From assembly GCA_044368015.1 (NCBI GenBank), contig JBIPLF010000002.1, positions 25,625 through 89,624 on the forward strand: a DNA stretch of 64,000 nt, given 5' to 3'. Below are positions 45,785 through 55,122 of this stretch, in pieces (the first letter of the stretch is position 1; each line of letters begins with the position of its first letter). Origin of the DNA: Rickettsiales bacterium (GTDB lineage: Bacteria; Pseudomonadota; Alphaproteobacteria; Rickettsiales; RI-342). The translations under genes were made by a program, and so were the position numbers. A model generated the notes under the pieces. It searched no databases and was not told the origin of the DNA. It saw only the letters and a list, made by a program, of their open reading frames with translations.

Positions 45785-46201
45785 TTATGTTATACGTTTG
45801 GCATCCATAATATCACGCAATATCCCGATTAAATCTGGACGAATATCTCGGCGAGTTCCGCTCATGTCCAGTGCCCATCCCTGCGTTAGCTCGGCCTCAC
45901 CTACCCACGCAGTATTGGGTTTTGGTGTCCCTCCTACTTCTTCTGTATATGTATGGATAGGTGTGTATTTACCAGAATCATGATAGCGTGGAAAATTAAT
46001 ACAGCCCATTGCAGTGAGCGGACCTACCAGCACCGCACCTGCTTCCTCAGCAAGTTCACGTATCGCTGCGTGTTCAGCCGTTTCACCAGATTCTATACCC
46101 CCTCTTGGCATACCAAGTAAGGGGCCACCTTCAGCCACCAGAAGTATTTTTGTGCCGGTTTCATCAAAACCAATGCCCCCTGCTCTTTTTCTCTCAGTCA
46201 T
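45785..46201 (-). CDS. NUDIX hydrolase (139 aa)
   Basis: The internal start MTERKRAGG overlaps the hisD stop by 8 nt. The full Nudix box is GGIESGETAEHAAIRELAEEAGA (Gx5Ex7REUxEExGU). GC is visibly lower than in hisD. Confidence 0.8.
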   Translation of the reverse strand: MTERKRAGGIGFDETGTKILLVAEGGPLLGMPRGGIESGETAEHAAIRELAEEAGAVLVGPLTAMGCINFPRYHDSGKYTPIHTYTEEVGGTPKPNTAWVGEAELTQGWALDMSGTRRDIRPDLIGILRDIMDAKRIT

Positions 46202-47504
46202 CAAGAATCCCCACACTCCTTGAAAAAGGTTTTGTTGTGTTCCGCACATCCAGCGCCAGTGCGTGCGCGGTGAGGCCCTCGGCGCGGGCGAGTGCGGCGG
46301 CGGGGGATTCAAGTCCCGTCGGTGCATGCGCCTCAATCCACGAGCTGCGGATGAGGAAGTCATAGACCGACAGCCCGGAGGAAAACCGCGCTGTGCCGGA
46401 AGTGGGGAGTACATGGCTCGGCCCTGCGAGGTAATCCCCCAAGGGTTCGGTCGCGTAAGCGCCGATAAACACCGCCCCGGCATGCCGGATGCGGGTGGCA
46501 ACCTCTGTAGCATCCGGAATCAGCAATTCCAGATGCTCCGGCGCAATGCGGTCGATCAAGGGAATCGCTTCCTCGAAATCCGGGACCAGCAGCACCGCCC
46601 CGTGGCGTTGCAGGCTCTCGCGGGCGATGGCGGCGCGGGCAAGCGTGGTGAGGTGCGTGGCAATCGCCGCCTCCACCCGGTCGGCAAACTCCGCACTGTC
46701 GGTGATGAGGATACTTTGCGCGTCCGCATCGTGCTCCGCCTGCGAAAGGAGATCCGCCGCCACCCATGCCGGGTTTTGCGTGCTGTCTGCCACCACCAGA
46801 ATCTCGGAAGGACCGGCGATCATGTCAATCCCCACCGTGCCGAAGACCTGCCGCTTGGCTTCCGCCACATAGGCATTGCCGGGGCCGACGATCTTCGCCA
46901 CCCGCGCCACCGACTCTGTCCCATAGGCGAGTGCCGCCACCGCTTGCGCCCCACCGAGGGGGTAAATCTCACTCACCCCGGCGATCCGCGCCGCCACCAG
47001 CACGGCCGGGTTGCGGATACCGTCCGGCATCGGCACCACCATCGCCAGCCGTGTGACACCGGCGGTTTTCGCCACCACGGCATTCATCAGGACCGAACTG
47101 GGGTAGGCCGCCTTGCCGCCGGGTACATACAACCCCGCGCTTGCAAGCGGCTTCCACTGCCAGCCGAGCGTGACGCCTGCGCTATCCGTATAGCGGTGAT
47201 CCTGCGGCATCTGACGCGACGCGTAATCGGCAATGCGCTCCGCTGCAATATGGAGGGCTTTTTCGACTTCCGGTTCCACCTTCGCCGCTGCGATTTCGGA
47301 TGCGGGCAGGGGGAGGAGGTCCGGCGTGAGGGTAAAACGGTCAAACGCTTCCGTATAGTCCATCAGCGCGGCGTCGCCCCGCTCCCGCACATCGGCGAGG
47401 ATGGTACTCACAGGCGTACGCACATCCACGGCCGCTTCCCGCGCCGCAAGCAGGGCGGTGAGCTGCGACGCAAACGCGGCGTCACGAGTGGAAAACCGCC
47501 TCAT
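46194..47504 (-). CDS. hisD: histidinol dehydrogenase
   Basis: 436 aa with GLYVPGGKAAYPSSVLM, QAEHD and the IGDYLAGPSHVLPT zinc/His region. Confidence 0.97.
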   Translation of the reverse strand: MRRFSTRDAAFASQLTALLAAREAAVDVRTPVSTILADVRERGDAALMDYTEAFDRFTLTPDLLPLPASEIAAAKVEPEVEKALHIAAERIADYASRQMPQDHRYTDSAGVTLGWQWKPLASAGLYVPGGKAAYPSSVLMNAVVAKTAGVTRLAMVVPMPDGIRNPAVLVAARIAGVSEIYPLGGAQAVAALAYGTESVARVAKIVGPGNAYVAEAKRQVFGTVGIDMIAGPSEILVVADSTQNPAWVAADLLSQAEHDADAQSILITDSAEFADRVEAAIATHLTTLARAAIARESLQRHGAVLLVPDFEEAIPLIDRIAPEHLELLIPDATEVATRIRHAGAVFIGAYATEPLGDYLAGPSHVLPTSGTARFSSGLSVYDFLIRSSWIEAHAPTGLESPAAALARAEGLTAHALALDVRNTTKPFSRSVGILDD

Positions 47505-48142
47505 GGCGCAAACCGCTCCACCCAGGGGCCGATTTCGCTGCCACGGGTTTTCATCGCCGTGCGGTTGACGATCAGCCGCGACGAAACAGGCGCGATTTCC
47601 TGCATCTCCACCAGCCCGTTTTCCCTAAGGGTACGGCCAGTGCTGACCAGATCCACAATATAAGGGGAAATACCGAGCAAGGGAGCCAATTCCATCGCGC
47701 CATTGAGCTTGATGCATTCGGTTTGGATGCCCAGTCCCGCAAAATACCGCCTGGCGATGTTGGGGTATTTGGTGGCCACCCGCACATGGCTCCAGCGCGA
47801 GGTATCGGTGGCCTCGGCAATCGCTTGAGGAGCAGCCAGCGACACCCGGCAATGGCCGATATTCAAATCCACCGGTGCGTAGAGTTCGGGCGAATCAAAT
47901 TCCAGCAGCACGTCGCCGCCGCAAATGCCCAGATGCGCACCGCCAAACGAGACGAAGGTCGCCACATCGAAACTCCGCACCTGCACGAGGCTGATCTGCG
48001 GATCGGTGGTGGCAAATTGCATCTTCCGCGTGTCTTCGCGGTAGAATTCCGGTTCCGGTGTCAGGCCAGCGCGCGCGAAGACAGGAGCCAGTTCTGCCAG
48101 AATCCGCCCCTTGGGAACGGCGATAATGAGAGGCTCGATCAT
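47501..48142 (-). CDS. hisG: ATP phosphoribosyltransferase, short (HisZ-dependent) form
   Basis: The internal start gives MIEPLIIAVPKGRILAEL..., 213 aa. DLVSTGRTLRENGL is present. The long N-terminal extension in the ORF track overlaps exoD and is not credible. Confidence 0.92.
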   Translation of the reverse strand: MIEPLIIAVPKGRILAELAPVFARAGLTPEPEFYREDTRKMQFATTDPQISLVQVRSFDVATFVSFGGAHLGICGGDVLLEFDSPELYAPVDLNIGHCRVSLAAPQAIAEATDTSRWSHVRVATKYPNIARRYFAGLGIQTECIKLNGAMELAPLLGISPYIVDLVSTGRTLRENGLVEMQEIAPVSSRLIVNRTAMKTRGSEIGPWVERFAP

Positions 48143-48150
48143 GCAGTGCC

Positions 48151-48804
48151 TTATGCAAAAATACCGCTGAACAATGCCATTACCGCGACCTTCCCCAGGA
48201 TCGCAACCAGAATCGCAATGGCGACGCCACAAAGTCCGATCAACATACCAAACAAAATAATCAGCCCGTCGCGGCCAATCAGCCCCAGCGACATCACCAG
48301 CACCCCAACGCCCGGCACAAAATTGGAGAGTGGCAGCGGTAGCAGAATCGGGATGCAGAACAGCGCCGCCATACTGCCGATAAACCGCTCTGCCCGCGCA
48401 TCGCTGAGCATCCGCAGACGCGGACGCAGCAACCGCTCGATCATCCGCAAATAGGGCGAGGCTTTTTCGATCATCACCGCCAGCGATGCCCGCGGGATCG
48501 CCTTGTTGCGTAGCCAGGCAGGCAGCCACAAATGGCGATGCCCAAGCGCCATCTGCGCAGCAAGAAAGGAGAGCGGCAAGCCTAAAATGGTAGGAAGCAG
48601 CGGCGGTAGCGGCGCGGGGATCGAGCAGGGCAGGGCCAAAATCAGCATCAGCAGCCCAAACCCGCGCTCATGCAGGGCTTCCAGCAGGTCGCCCATGGGG
48701 ATCATATCCGCCTGATGGTGGTGCATCACCCCTTCAAGCACATGCGACGCCGTATGCTGGTCGTAGGTATCGTCATGATGGGGGGGCAGACTGGAAATAA
48801 CCAA
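48151..48804 (-). CDS. ExoD-family exopolysaccharide synthesis membrane protein
   Basis: The ExoD-like start is MGDLLEALHERGFGLLMLILALPCSIP... Four to five transmembrane segments follow. Confidence 0.75.
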   Translation of the reverse strand: MVISSLPPHHDDTYDQHTASHVLEGVMHHHQADMIPMGDLLEALHERGFGLLMLILALPCSIPAPLPPLLPTILGLPLSFLAAQMALGHRHLWLPAWLRNKAIPRASLAVMIEKASPYLRMIERLLRPRLRMLSDARAERFIGSMAALFCIPILLPLPLSNFVPGVGVLVMSLGLIGRDGLIILFGMLIGLCGVAIAILVAILGKVAVMALFSGIFA

Positions 48805-49000
48805 CTCCTGATGAAGGCATCACCCTAACATGCGGTGTTTAAGGAAATCTTACAAGTGCGGAGAAACAGTATGGAGTGTTTTCGCGTCTCGCCTCTCCCG
48901 TCTACGAGTGTTTTGAACACCCCCTCCCTATCCCTCTCCCGCAACGCGGGGGAGGTTGGAGGCAGTGCCTCCAAGGGAGGGGGCACTTGGAATGCAAGGA

Positions 49001-50056
49001 TTACCAACTGAGCACACTCAGCGGAGGCCGCAACCCCGTTTGGTCACTCCACCACAGATAGCCCGCAATCCCCAATGCCAGCCACAGCATGGCAGAGGCC
49101 ACCAGCAGCTTCACCGCCTGCCGCAGATGGTGATCGGCCGCTTTCGTCACCCCCTGACCGTAGATCCGGGTGCGGAACCGTTGCCCTGCTACCACCGTTT
49201 CACCGCCAAAGGCCATGCCCGCCGCATTACTGGCCACCACTCCCGGCAGTTGAAGCGGATGGGAGAGGCTCGCAAGCCCTGCCGAAAACGCCTTGCCGGA
49301 ATGTCCTCCCGGCGTGATGATGGATACCAGAAACAACCAGAATCCATGCATCACCGCAAAAGGCAGGTACAGGCCGCCATACCCCACATGCACCCATTGG
49401 GCAAAGATCAGCCAGCGCGGGAAGGGGTGTCCCCAGGCGCGGTACAGAGCGGCAAACCCTACCCATACGGAAAGCCATACCCAGCCACCCAGCAGATAGA
49501 CGCAAGGCCAGGCGATCCATTGCTCCATCTGTTGACGCGACAGCCCCGCCACCGCCGCCCGGTGAATGGCGGGCGCATCCAGCAACCCCATATCCTGTGC
49601 GGAAAGCTGCGCGCCATATTCACGGAACCGTTGCAGGCTGACATCCTTCGCGTCGTCGCGCATGCTGGTGGCGACATCAAGGCTAGGCCGCACATGCAAC
49701 AGCAGCGCCAGCAGTGTTGTTTCCAGCACCCAGGCAGAAGGCAGATGCGGCAACAGCAGCGCTACCATCTGCCCGGCCATCACCGCGCCCCATAGCAGGA
49801 ATGCCGTGACGATCGTGCCGCGCACCCAACGATCGGCTTTCGGGCGACGCTCGCGGTTGAGTTTGACGTCCAGCCGGGTGAGAAACGCACGAATCTCCTC
49901 CCGCCAGCGGAAGAAGGGCAGCATCCGCAGGCTGGGTTCCGAGCAGAGCGCCAGATGGACGCTCATCGCCGCCAGCACCACAAAACTGCGCAGGTGGAGT
50001 GTCTCGATGGGGGGGAGTAGCGCCGCAATGACAGGAGGAAGCGAGGCGGTAATCAT
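49001..50056 (-). CDS. CobD/CbiB-family membrane protein
   Basis: 351-aa polytopic protein. FLTRLDVKLNRERRPKADRWVRG resembles the CobD/CbiB loop after the first transmembrane block. No other cob genes lie nearby. Confidence 0.6.
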   Translation of the reverse strand: MITASLPPVIAALLPPIETLHLRSFVVLAAMSVHLALCSEPSLRMLPFFRWREEIRAFLTRLDVKLNRERRPKADRWVRGTIVTAFLLWGAVMAGQMVALLLPHLPSAWVLETTLLALLLHVRPSLDVATSMRDDAKDVSLQRFREYGAQLSAQDMGLLDAPAIHRAAVAGLSRQQMEQWIAWPCVYLLGGWVWLSVWVGFAALYRAWGHPFPRWLIFAQWVHVGYGGLYLPFAVMHGFWLFLVSIITPGGHSGKAFSAGLASLSHPLQLPGVVASNAAGMAFGGETVVAGQRFRTRIYGQGVTKAADHHLRQAVKLLVASAMLWLALGIAGYLWWSDQTGLRPPLSVLSW

Positions 50057-50071
50057 GGCTTCCCTTCTTCC

Positions 50072-51082
50072 TTAGGTTCGGATGCCCGCCACCAGCATCG
50101 CCTGCGCGGTGAGGGTCTGCGGCGAGGCAAGGCTGCTTTTACAGTGTTTCTCCAGCGTAAACAGCATGGAAAGGCACTGCGAGAGCCGCTCCACCGTCCA
50201 GTAGGAGAGTTCCTGACGCACCTGCGGCTTTTGCTTGAAGAACAGGGGAGGGCGCGCCTGTTCAATCGCCTGATCAAGGCTGGCCCCCGCCTCCATCGCC
50301 CCGCGTAAATGCTGGAGCAGCAGGGCACGGCGCAGCAGCACGCGAATGATCATGATCGGCTGCGTGCCCTCCTGAAACAGCCGCGTCAGCGCATGGTCCA
50401 GCTGCGAGGGCAACCCGCCAAACATGCCATGCAGGCAATCATCGAGCGAGGTGGCCGACACATCCCCCACCACTGCTTGCACATCCTCCAGCGTGATTTC
50501 CTTCGCTTCGCCCATATAGGTCAGCAGCTTTTCCAGCTCTTTGCGCGTCACGGCGCGGTCCATCCCCACATGCTCGGAAAGATAGGTGAGCGCATCGGGC
50601 TGTGCGCGTTTGCCCGCCTCACTCAGCATCCCCTGCACCAGCCGGGTGAGCACCTGCCCTTCATCGGCGTAACAGCCGATCGCCGCCGCCTGCGGATGGG
50701 TTTCGCACAACACCCGCAGCTTGGATTTCGGCGGCAGGCTTTCCGCCGTCAGCAGCAGCACGTTTCCGCTTTGCACGCCGAGTAAACCTGTCAGCGTGGG
50801 CACCAGCTTCTCGCCCGCATGGCGGACACGGATCACCCGCACATCGCCGAACAGACTGCTGGCCGCCCATTCATCCGCCAGCCGGGCGGGATCGTCGGCA
50901 ATTTCCTTCGCCGTGAAATCCAGCACTTCCAGCTTATCGGCCGGTAATCCGGTGAGGCTGCCCGCAAAACGCTGGGTGTATTCCTCGGTCATGCCTTCGT
51001 CATTGCCGAAGGCCAGCAGTACTCGCACCCCCTTGGCGGGGGATTTCACGAAGGATTCAGCCTGCGCGGGGGCGATTTTCAT
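50072..51082 (-). CDS. holA: DNA polymerase III delta subunit
   Basis: 336 aa. The N-terminus ...VLLAFGNDEGMTEEY and its position in the conserved leuS-lptE-holA cluster support the call. Confidence 0.85.
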   Translation of the reverse strand: MKIAPAQAESFVKSPAKGVRVLLAFGNDEGMTEEYTQRFAGSLTGLPADKLEVLDFTAKEIADDPARLADEWAASSLFGDVRVIRVRHAGEKLVPTLTGLLGVQSGNVLLLTAESLPPKSKLRVLCETHPQAAAIGCYADEGQVLTRLVQGMLSEAGKRAQPDALTYLSEHVGMDRAVTRKELEKLLTYMGEAKEITLEDVQAVVGDVSATSLDDCLHGMFGGLPSQLDHALTRLFQEGTQPIMIIRVLLRRALLLQHLRGAMEAGASLDQAIEQARPPLFFKQKPQVRQELSYWTVERLSQCLSMLFTLEKHCKSSLASPQTLTAQAMLVAGIRT

Positions 51083-51711
51083 GGCAACTCCGCCAGTTTA
51101 ATGGCCAACCGCTGCACCGTATCATTCGCGGCTTGCTCCACTGCGCGACGGCTGGCATCGCGCTCGGCGATAAAGGACGCAAAATCGGCATCCAGCACGT
51201 TATAGCCGCTGTAACTGCGCACTACGTCGCGCATCACTTCCTTGCCATTGCTATCTTTTAGGACCAGTGTCACCAGCATCACGGTATCGTAGCGGGAAAT
51301 GCGCCCGTCTTTCCGCACCACCACCGGCTGAAGTTGTTTTTCAATCGCCGGTTCCAGCCGGTAGAGCGGCTTACCAGCACGTGGCGGCAGGGCATCGGTG
51401 AGGGCAATGGCGAAGAGCTGCCCCAGCCGCCCCGGAGGCTGCACCACCTCGATGTGCGTGAGGCTTGCGCGTTGTTCAGCCGACGGCGTGGCATAGAGCG
51501 GGTGGAAACCGCAGGCGGGGAGGGTGAGGAGGGTGCAGAGGAGAAGAATCCTAGAGTTTTGGAATATTGGAATTGTAGAACTGCGGAACTGTAGAACCTT
51601 GGAATTGTAGAATTCTGGAATTGCAGAACGGTAACGGACGCAGAATCCGCGCCCTTTCTTCCATACCCCAATATTCCAAAACTCCACCATTCCAGTATTC
51701 CAGTATTCCAA
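51079..51711 (-). CDS. lptE: LPS-assembly lipoprotein LptE (start codon unresolved)
   Basis: The lipobox LLLCTLLTLPA|CGFHPLYA and an LptE-like body are present, in the position between leuS and holA. The only canonical in-frame starts lie 50-65 codons upstream inside the AT-rich repeat array. Confidence 0.7.
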   Translation of the reverse strand: MEYWNTGMVEFWNIGVWKKGRGFCVRYRSAIPEFYNSKVLQFRSSTIPIFQNSRILLLCTLLTLPACGFHPLYATPSAEQRASLTHIEVVQPPGRLGQLFAIALTDALPPRAGKPLYRLEPAIEKQLQPVVVRKDGRISRYDTVMLVTLVLKDSNGKEVMRDVVRSYSGYNVLDADFASFIAERDASRRAVEQAANDTVQRLAIKLAELP

Positions 51712-51746
51712 GGTTCTACAGTTCTAAAATTCCACAATTCTAACCC
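51553..51746. repeat. AT-rich mosaic of GGAAT/ATTCC-based short repeats
   Basis: Four tandem 16-bp units lie at 51568-51631: ggaattgtagaactgc, ggaactgtagaacctt, ggaattgtagaattct, ggaattgcagaacggt. attccagt occurs twice downstream. Inverted copies pair 51585-51604 with 51706-51725 and 51554-51570 with 51669-51685. Confidence 0.85.
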
Positions 51747-54317
51747 TCATGCCGCCACCACATTGACAATCTTATTTGGCACCACAATCACCTTGCGGAT
51801 GGTTTTCCCCTCCACCTGCTGCTGCACGGAAGGGAGCGCCAATGCCTGCGATTCCAGTGCCTGTTGTCCGGCATCGCGGGGGGCATCGAGTGTCGCCCGC
51901 AGCTTGCCATTCACCTGCACGGCGATCGTCACCGTCTCCTCCACCAGAAAGCGCGGATCGGCGACCGGCCAAGCCCGTTCGCAGAGGAGGTCCTGATGCC
52001 CCATGCTGTGCCACAACGCTTCGGTGATATGCGGGATCATCGGTTGCGCCAGATGCAGAAACACCGAAATCCCCTCGCCCAGCAAAGCGTGCTGCACGGG
52101 ATCGGCAGGCGATAGCCGCATCAGCGCATTGGTCAGTTCCCGCAACCGCGCCACCGCCCGGTTGAAGCGGAATCCGGCGATGTCATCCGTCACAAAAGCG
52201 ATGGTTTTGTGGATCAGCACCCGCACGGCTTCCAGTTCCGGAGAGAGCGTTTCCGGTAGTGCGGCGGTTTGCGTACCCGCCGCGCACCAATCCCCCACCC
52301 ATTGCCAGATGCGGTTGAGGTAGCGCCATGCCCCGTCAATCCCGGCATCTGACCATTCGAGATCCCGCTCCGGCGGGCTGTCGGACAGCATAAAGAGCCG
52401 CGCCGTATCCGCCCCAAACTCGTTTAGAATCCCTTCCGGATCCACCGTGTTGCGTTTGGATTTGCTCATTTTTTCCGAGCGCCCGGCGGTCACCACCTCG
52501 CCCGTCTCGGCATGGGTGAGCGCGCCGTCCTTCCGCACCACTTCGGTCGGGTAGAGCCATTTGCCGCCGCTATCGCGGTAGGTTTCGTGGCACACCATCC
52601 CTTGCGTCACGAGCTGCTTGAAGGGTTCATCCGGCACGGGATAGCCGCACACCTTCAGCGCCCGCATGAAAAACCGCGAATAGAGCAGGTGCAGAATCGC
52701 ATGTTCGATCCCGCCGATATAGGTATCGACCGGCAGCCAGCGTTTGGCGCTCTCAGCATGTAGCGGATCGGCATGATGCGCGGTGGCGAAGCGCGCAAAA
52801 TACCAGGAAGATTCCATGAACGTATCGAACGTATCCGTCTCCCGACGTGCCGGAGCGTTGCACTTCGGGCAGGAGGTGTGTTTCCAGCTTGGGTGATGAT
52901 CCAACGGGTTACCAGAAACCGATAAATCCACATCCTCCGGCAGGGTGACGGGGAGTTGATCCTTCGGCACCGGCACGACGCCGCACGCCTCGCAATGGAT
53001 GACGGGAATCGGGCATCCCCAATAGCGTTGACGGGAAACCCCCCAATCACGCAACCGGAATTGCACGGTGCGTTTGCCCAGGCCTTTTGCTTCCAGATGG
53101 TCGATGATGGTTTTTTTTGCTTCCGCGACACTCAACCCATTGAGGAAATCCGAATGCACCAGCACGCCGTCATCGGTGTAGGGGGTGTTCGTTGCCGTGA
53201 AATCCGGCTGGTCTTTGGGGGCCACCACGGTGAGAATGGGGAGCTGGTATTTCAGGGCAAATTCCATGTCACGCTCATCATGAGCGGGGCAGCCAAACAA
53301 CGCGCCGGTGCCATATTCCATCAGCACGAAATTGGCGACATAGAGCGGGAATGTTTTCCCCGGAATCAGCGGATGCACCAGCCGAAACCCCGTATCAAAC
53401 CCGCGTTTTTCGGCTTTCTCCAGTGCTTCCTCACTGGTGCCGATGCGGTTGCATTCGGCGATGAAGGCCGCCAGTTCCGGGTTGGTTTCCGCCAATGCCT
53501 TCGCCAGCGGATGACCGGGGGAAATCGCCCCAAACGACGCGCCAAACATCGTATCGGGTCGGGTGGTGAAGATTTCGAGCTTCTCGCTACGCCCCGCGAC
53601 CTCAAACCACACCCGTGCCCCTTCCGAGCGGCCAATCCAGTTGGATTGCATCAGCCGCACCCGTTCCGGCCAGTCGGGCAGATGATCCAGCGCGTCCAAA
53701 AGTTCTTGCGCGAAGTCACCAATGCGGAAAAACCATTGTTTGAGGAGTTTGCGCTCCACCAATGCGCCGGAACGCCAGCCGCGCCCCTCAATCACCTGCT
53801 CGTTGGCGAGCACGGTCTGGTCGATCGGATCCCAGTTCACCACCGATTCCTTGCGGTAGACCAGCCCCTTCTCCCACATCTCCAGAAAGAAACGTTGCTC
53901 ATGCTGGTAGTAGTCGGGTGCGCAGGTGGCCAGTTCCCGCGACCAGTCATAGGAAAAACCAATCCGTTGCAACTGCCCACGCATATGGTCGATATTGGCG
54001 TAGGTCCAGCTTGCCGGATGGGTGTTGCGCTCCTTCGCGGCGTTTTCTGCCGGGAGGCCGAACGCATCCCACCCCATCGGGTGCAGCACCTCGAACCCCT
54101 GCGCCCGCTTGGTGCGGGCGACGACATCGCCCAGCGTGTAGTTACGCATATGCCCCATATGGATGCGCCCGGAAGGGTAGGGGAACATCTCCAGCACATA
54201 GTAGCGCGGCTTGTCGCTGGTATCGGAAGCGCGGAAGCTCCCGCGCTCCTCCCAGCGTGCCTGCCAGTGGGCTTCAATGGAAACGGGGTCGTAGGTCACC
54301 ATACTTGTCCTATTCAT
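51747..54317 (-). CDS. leuS: leucine--tRNA ligase
   Basis: 856 aa with [15 protein letters not shown] (HIGH region) and KMSKSKRN (KMSKS). Confidence 0.98.
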   Translation of the reverse strand: MNRTSMVTYDPVSIEAHWQARWEERGSFRASDTSDKPRYYVLEMFPYPSGRIHMGHMRNYTLGDVVARTKRAQGFEVLHPMGWDAFGLPAENAAKERNTHPASWTYANIDHMRGQLQRIGFSYDWSRELATCAPDYYQHEQRFFLEMWEKGLVYRKESVVNWDPIDQTVLANEQVIEGRGWRSGALVERKLLKQWFFRIGDFAQELLDALDHLPDWPERVRLMQSNWIGRSEGARVWFEVAGRSEKLEIFTTRPDTMFGASFGAISPGHPLAKALAETNPELAAFIAECNRIGTSEEALEKAEKRGFDTGFRLVHPLIPGKTFPLYVANFVLMEYGTGALFGCPAHDERDMEFALKYQLPILTVVAPKDQPDFTATNTPYTDDGVLVHSDFLNGLSVAEAKKTIIDHLEAKGLGKRTVQFRLRDWGVSRQRYWGCPIPVIHCEACGVVPVPKDQLPVTLPEDVDLSVSGNPLDHHPSWKHTSCPKCNAPARRETDTFDTFMESSWYFARFATAHHADPLHAESAKRWLPVDTYIGGIEHAILHLLYSRFFMRALKVCGYPVPDEPFKQLVTQGMVCHETYRDSGGKWLYPTEVVRKDGALTHAETGEVVTAGRSEKMSKSKRNTVDPEGILNEFGADTARLFMLSDSPPERDLEWSDAGIDGAWRYLNRIWQWVGDWCAAGTQTAALPETLSPELEAVRVLIHKTIAFVTDDIAGFRFNRAVARLRELTNALMRLSPADPVQHALLGEGISVFLHLAQPMIPHITEALWHSMGHQDLLCERAWPVADPRFLVEETVTIAVQVNGKLRATLDAPRDAGQQALESQALALPSVQQQVEGKTIRKVIVVPNKIVNVVAA

Positions 54318-54366
54318 AATCGCTTGCTAGTAACGATGTATCCTAATTATCGCGCTGCATCAATCC

Positions 54367-55113
54367 TTGGGGGGAACGTCTGTGCAAAAAACCCGTTTGG
54401 TACGGATAGGCATTGCGATACTCTGGGGCTTTGCTACGCCAGCCCTTGCCACCCGCAATGTGTCGAGTCCCGTTGTGAATCCCGGCGAGTGGAAAGCCGA
54501 ATGGCGCGCCGGACTGGAGTTTGATGGCGACAGCGCCGCCCGCGACCATCGCTTCGGCCAAACCAGTCTGGTGGAATATGGGGTGAATGACGGGTACGCG
54601 GTGCGGCTTATCACCCGCTGGTCGAAACCCGAGCATGACGCCAATGACTGGCGCGACATCGGCATTGAGAACCGTTTTCAGTTGTTTGAGAAAGATACCG
54701 ACGGCTGGGACGGCGCGCTGCGACTCTCCTACATCCATGCCGATAATCCCGGCACGGCGGACGAGTGGGGGCTGGATGCGCTGGGGGAGTGGGGCTTCCA
54801 TGGCTGGAAGCTGCGTAGCAATCTGTTGTTTGGGCAGGTGGTGGGCGCCGATGCCTCCGGCGGCGTCACCTTCGATACCTCTTGGCAGGCGACGCATCCG
54901 ATAAACGAGCAGTGGGACGCAGGGCTGGAAGGCTTCCACGATATCGGTGAGCTTCGCGCACCCGGCTCCTTCCGCGAGCAATCCCATTCGATCGGCCCGG
55001 TGGTGAGTTATAAGCTCAGCAAGAGGGTGAATCTGGAGGGCGGCTATCAGCAAGGCATCAGCGAGGATGCCAGCGACGGGCTACTCAAGTTTTTTGTGAA
55101 GGCAACGTTTTAG
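54367..55113 (+). CDS. hypothetical outer-membrane beta-barrel protein
   Basis: Signal-like N-terminus RIGIAILWGFATPALA, alternating aromatic/Gly strands and a C-terminal FFVKATF. The competing antisense ORF (54343-55053) is rich in Arg, Pro, Gly and Ala, typical of antisense ORFs in high-GC DNA. Confidence 0.55.
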   Translation: MGGTSVQKTRLVRIGIAILWGFATPALATRNVSSPVVNPGEWKAEWRAGLEFDGDSAARDHRFGQTSLVEYGVNDGYAVRLITRWSKPEHDANDWRDIGIENRFQLFEKDTDGWDGALRLSYIHADNPGTADEWGLDALGEWGFHGWKLRSNLLFGQVVGADASGGVTFDTSWQATHPINEQWDAGLEGFHDIGELRAPGSFREQSHSIGPVVSYKLSKRVNLEGGYQQGISEDASDGLLKFFVKATF

Positions 55114-55122
55114 GGCGTACCC

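Noticed and set aside
46263-47663. 466-aa plus-strand ORF opposite hisD/hisG, and the similar 359-aa ORF at 4714-5793 opposite the porin.
   Set aside because: Both are mirror-frame artefacts. The sense frames encode unmistakable HisD and porin sequences, and the antisense products are low-complexity and Arg/Gly/His-rich.
47501-48529. The long (342-aa) version of the hisG ORF, and the similarly extended tracked ORFs for mutL (40280), yggS (4035), ychF (25912), the M16-2 peptidase (21343) and the prepilin-type gene (10454).
   Set aside because: The N-terminal extensions overlap neighbouring genes or are translated repeat elements. Internal starts give family-typical N-termini, so the shorter coordinates were used.
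52956-54524. 522-aa plus-strand ORF opposite leuS. The same reasoning covers the long antisense ORFs at 1121-1864, 1883-2767, 41079-42113, 61099-61983, 19020-19682, 26535-27359 and 27551-28195.
   Set aside because: All lie fully inside well-supported genes on the other strand and have no recognisable motifs. These are the long stop-free antisense frames expected at about 60% or higher GC.
54343-55053. 236-aa minus-strand ORF competing with the plus-strand OMP-like ORF 54367-55113.
   Set aside because: The minus-frame product is rich in Arg, Pro, Gly and Ala and lacks a signal peptide. The plus frame has a signal peptide, beta-strand periodicity and a C-terminal aromatic residue, so the plus-strand call was kept with modest confidence.
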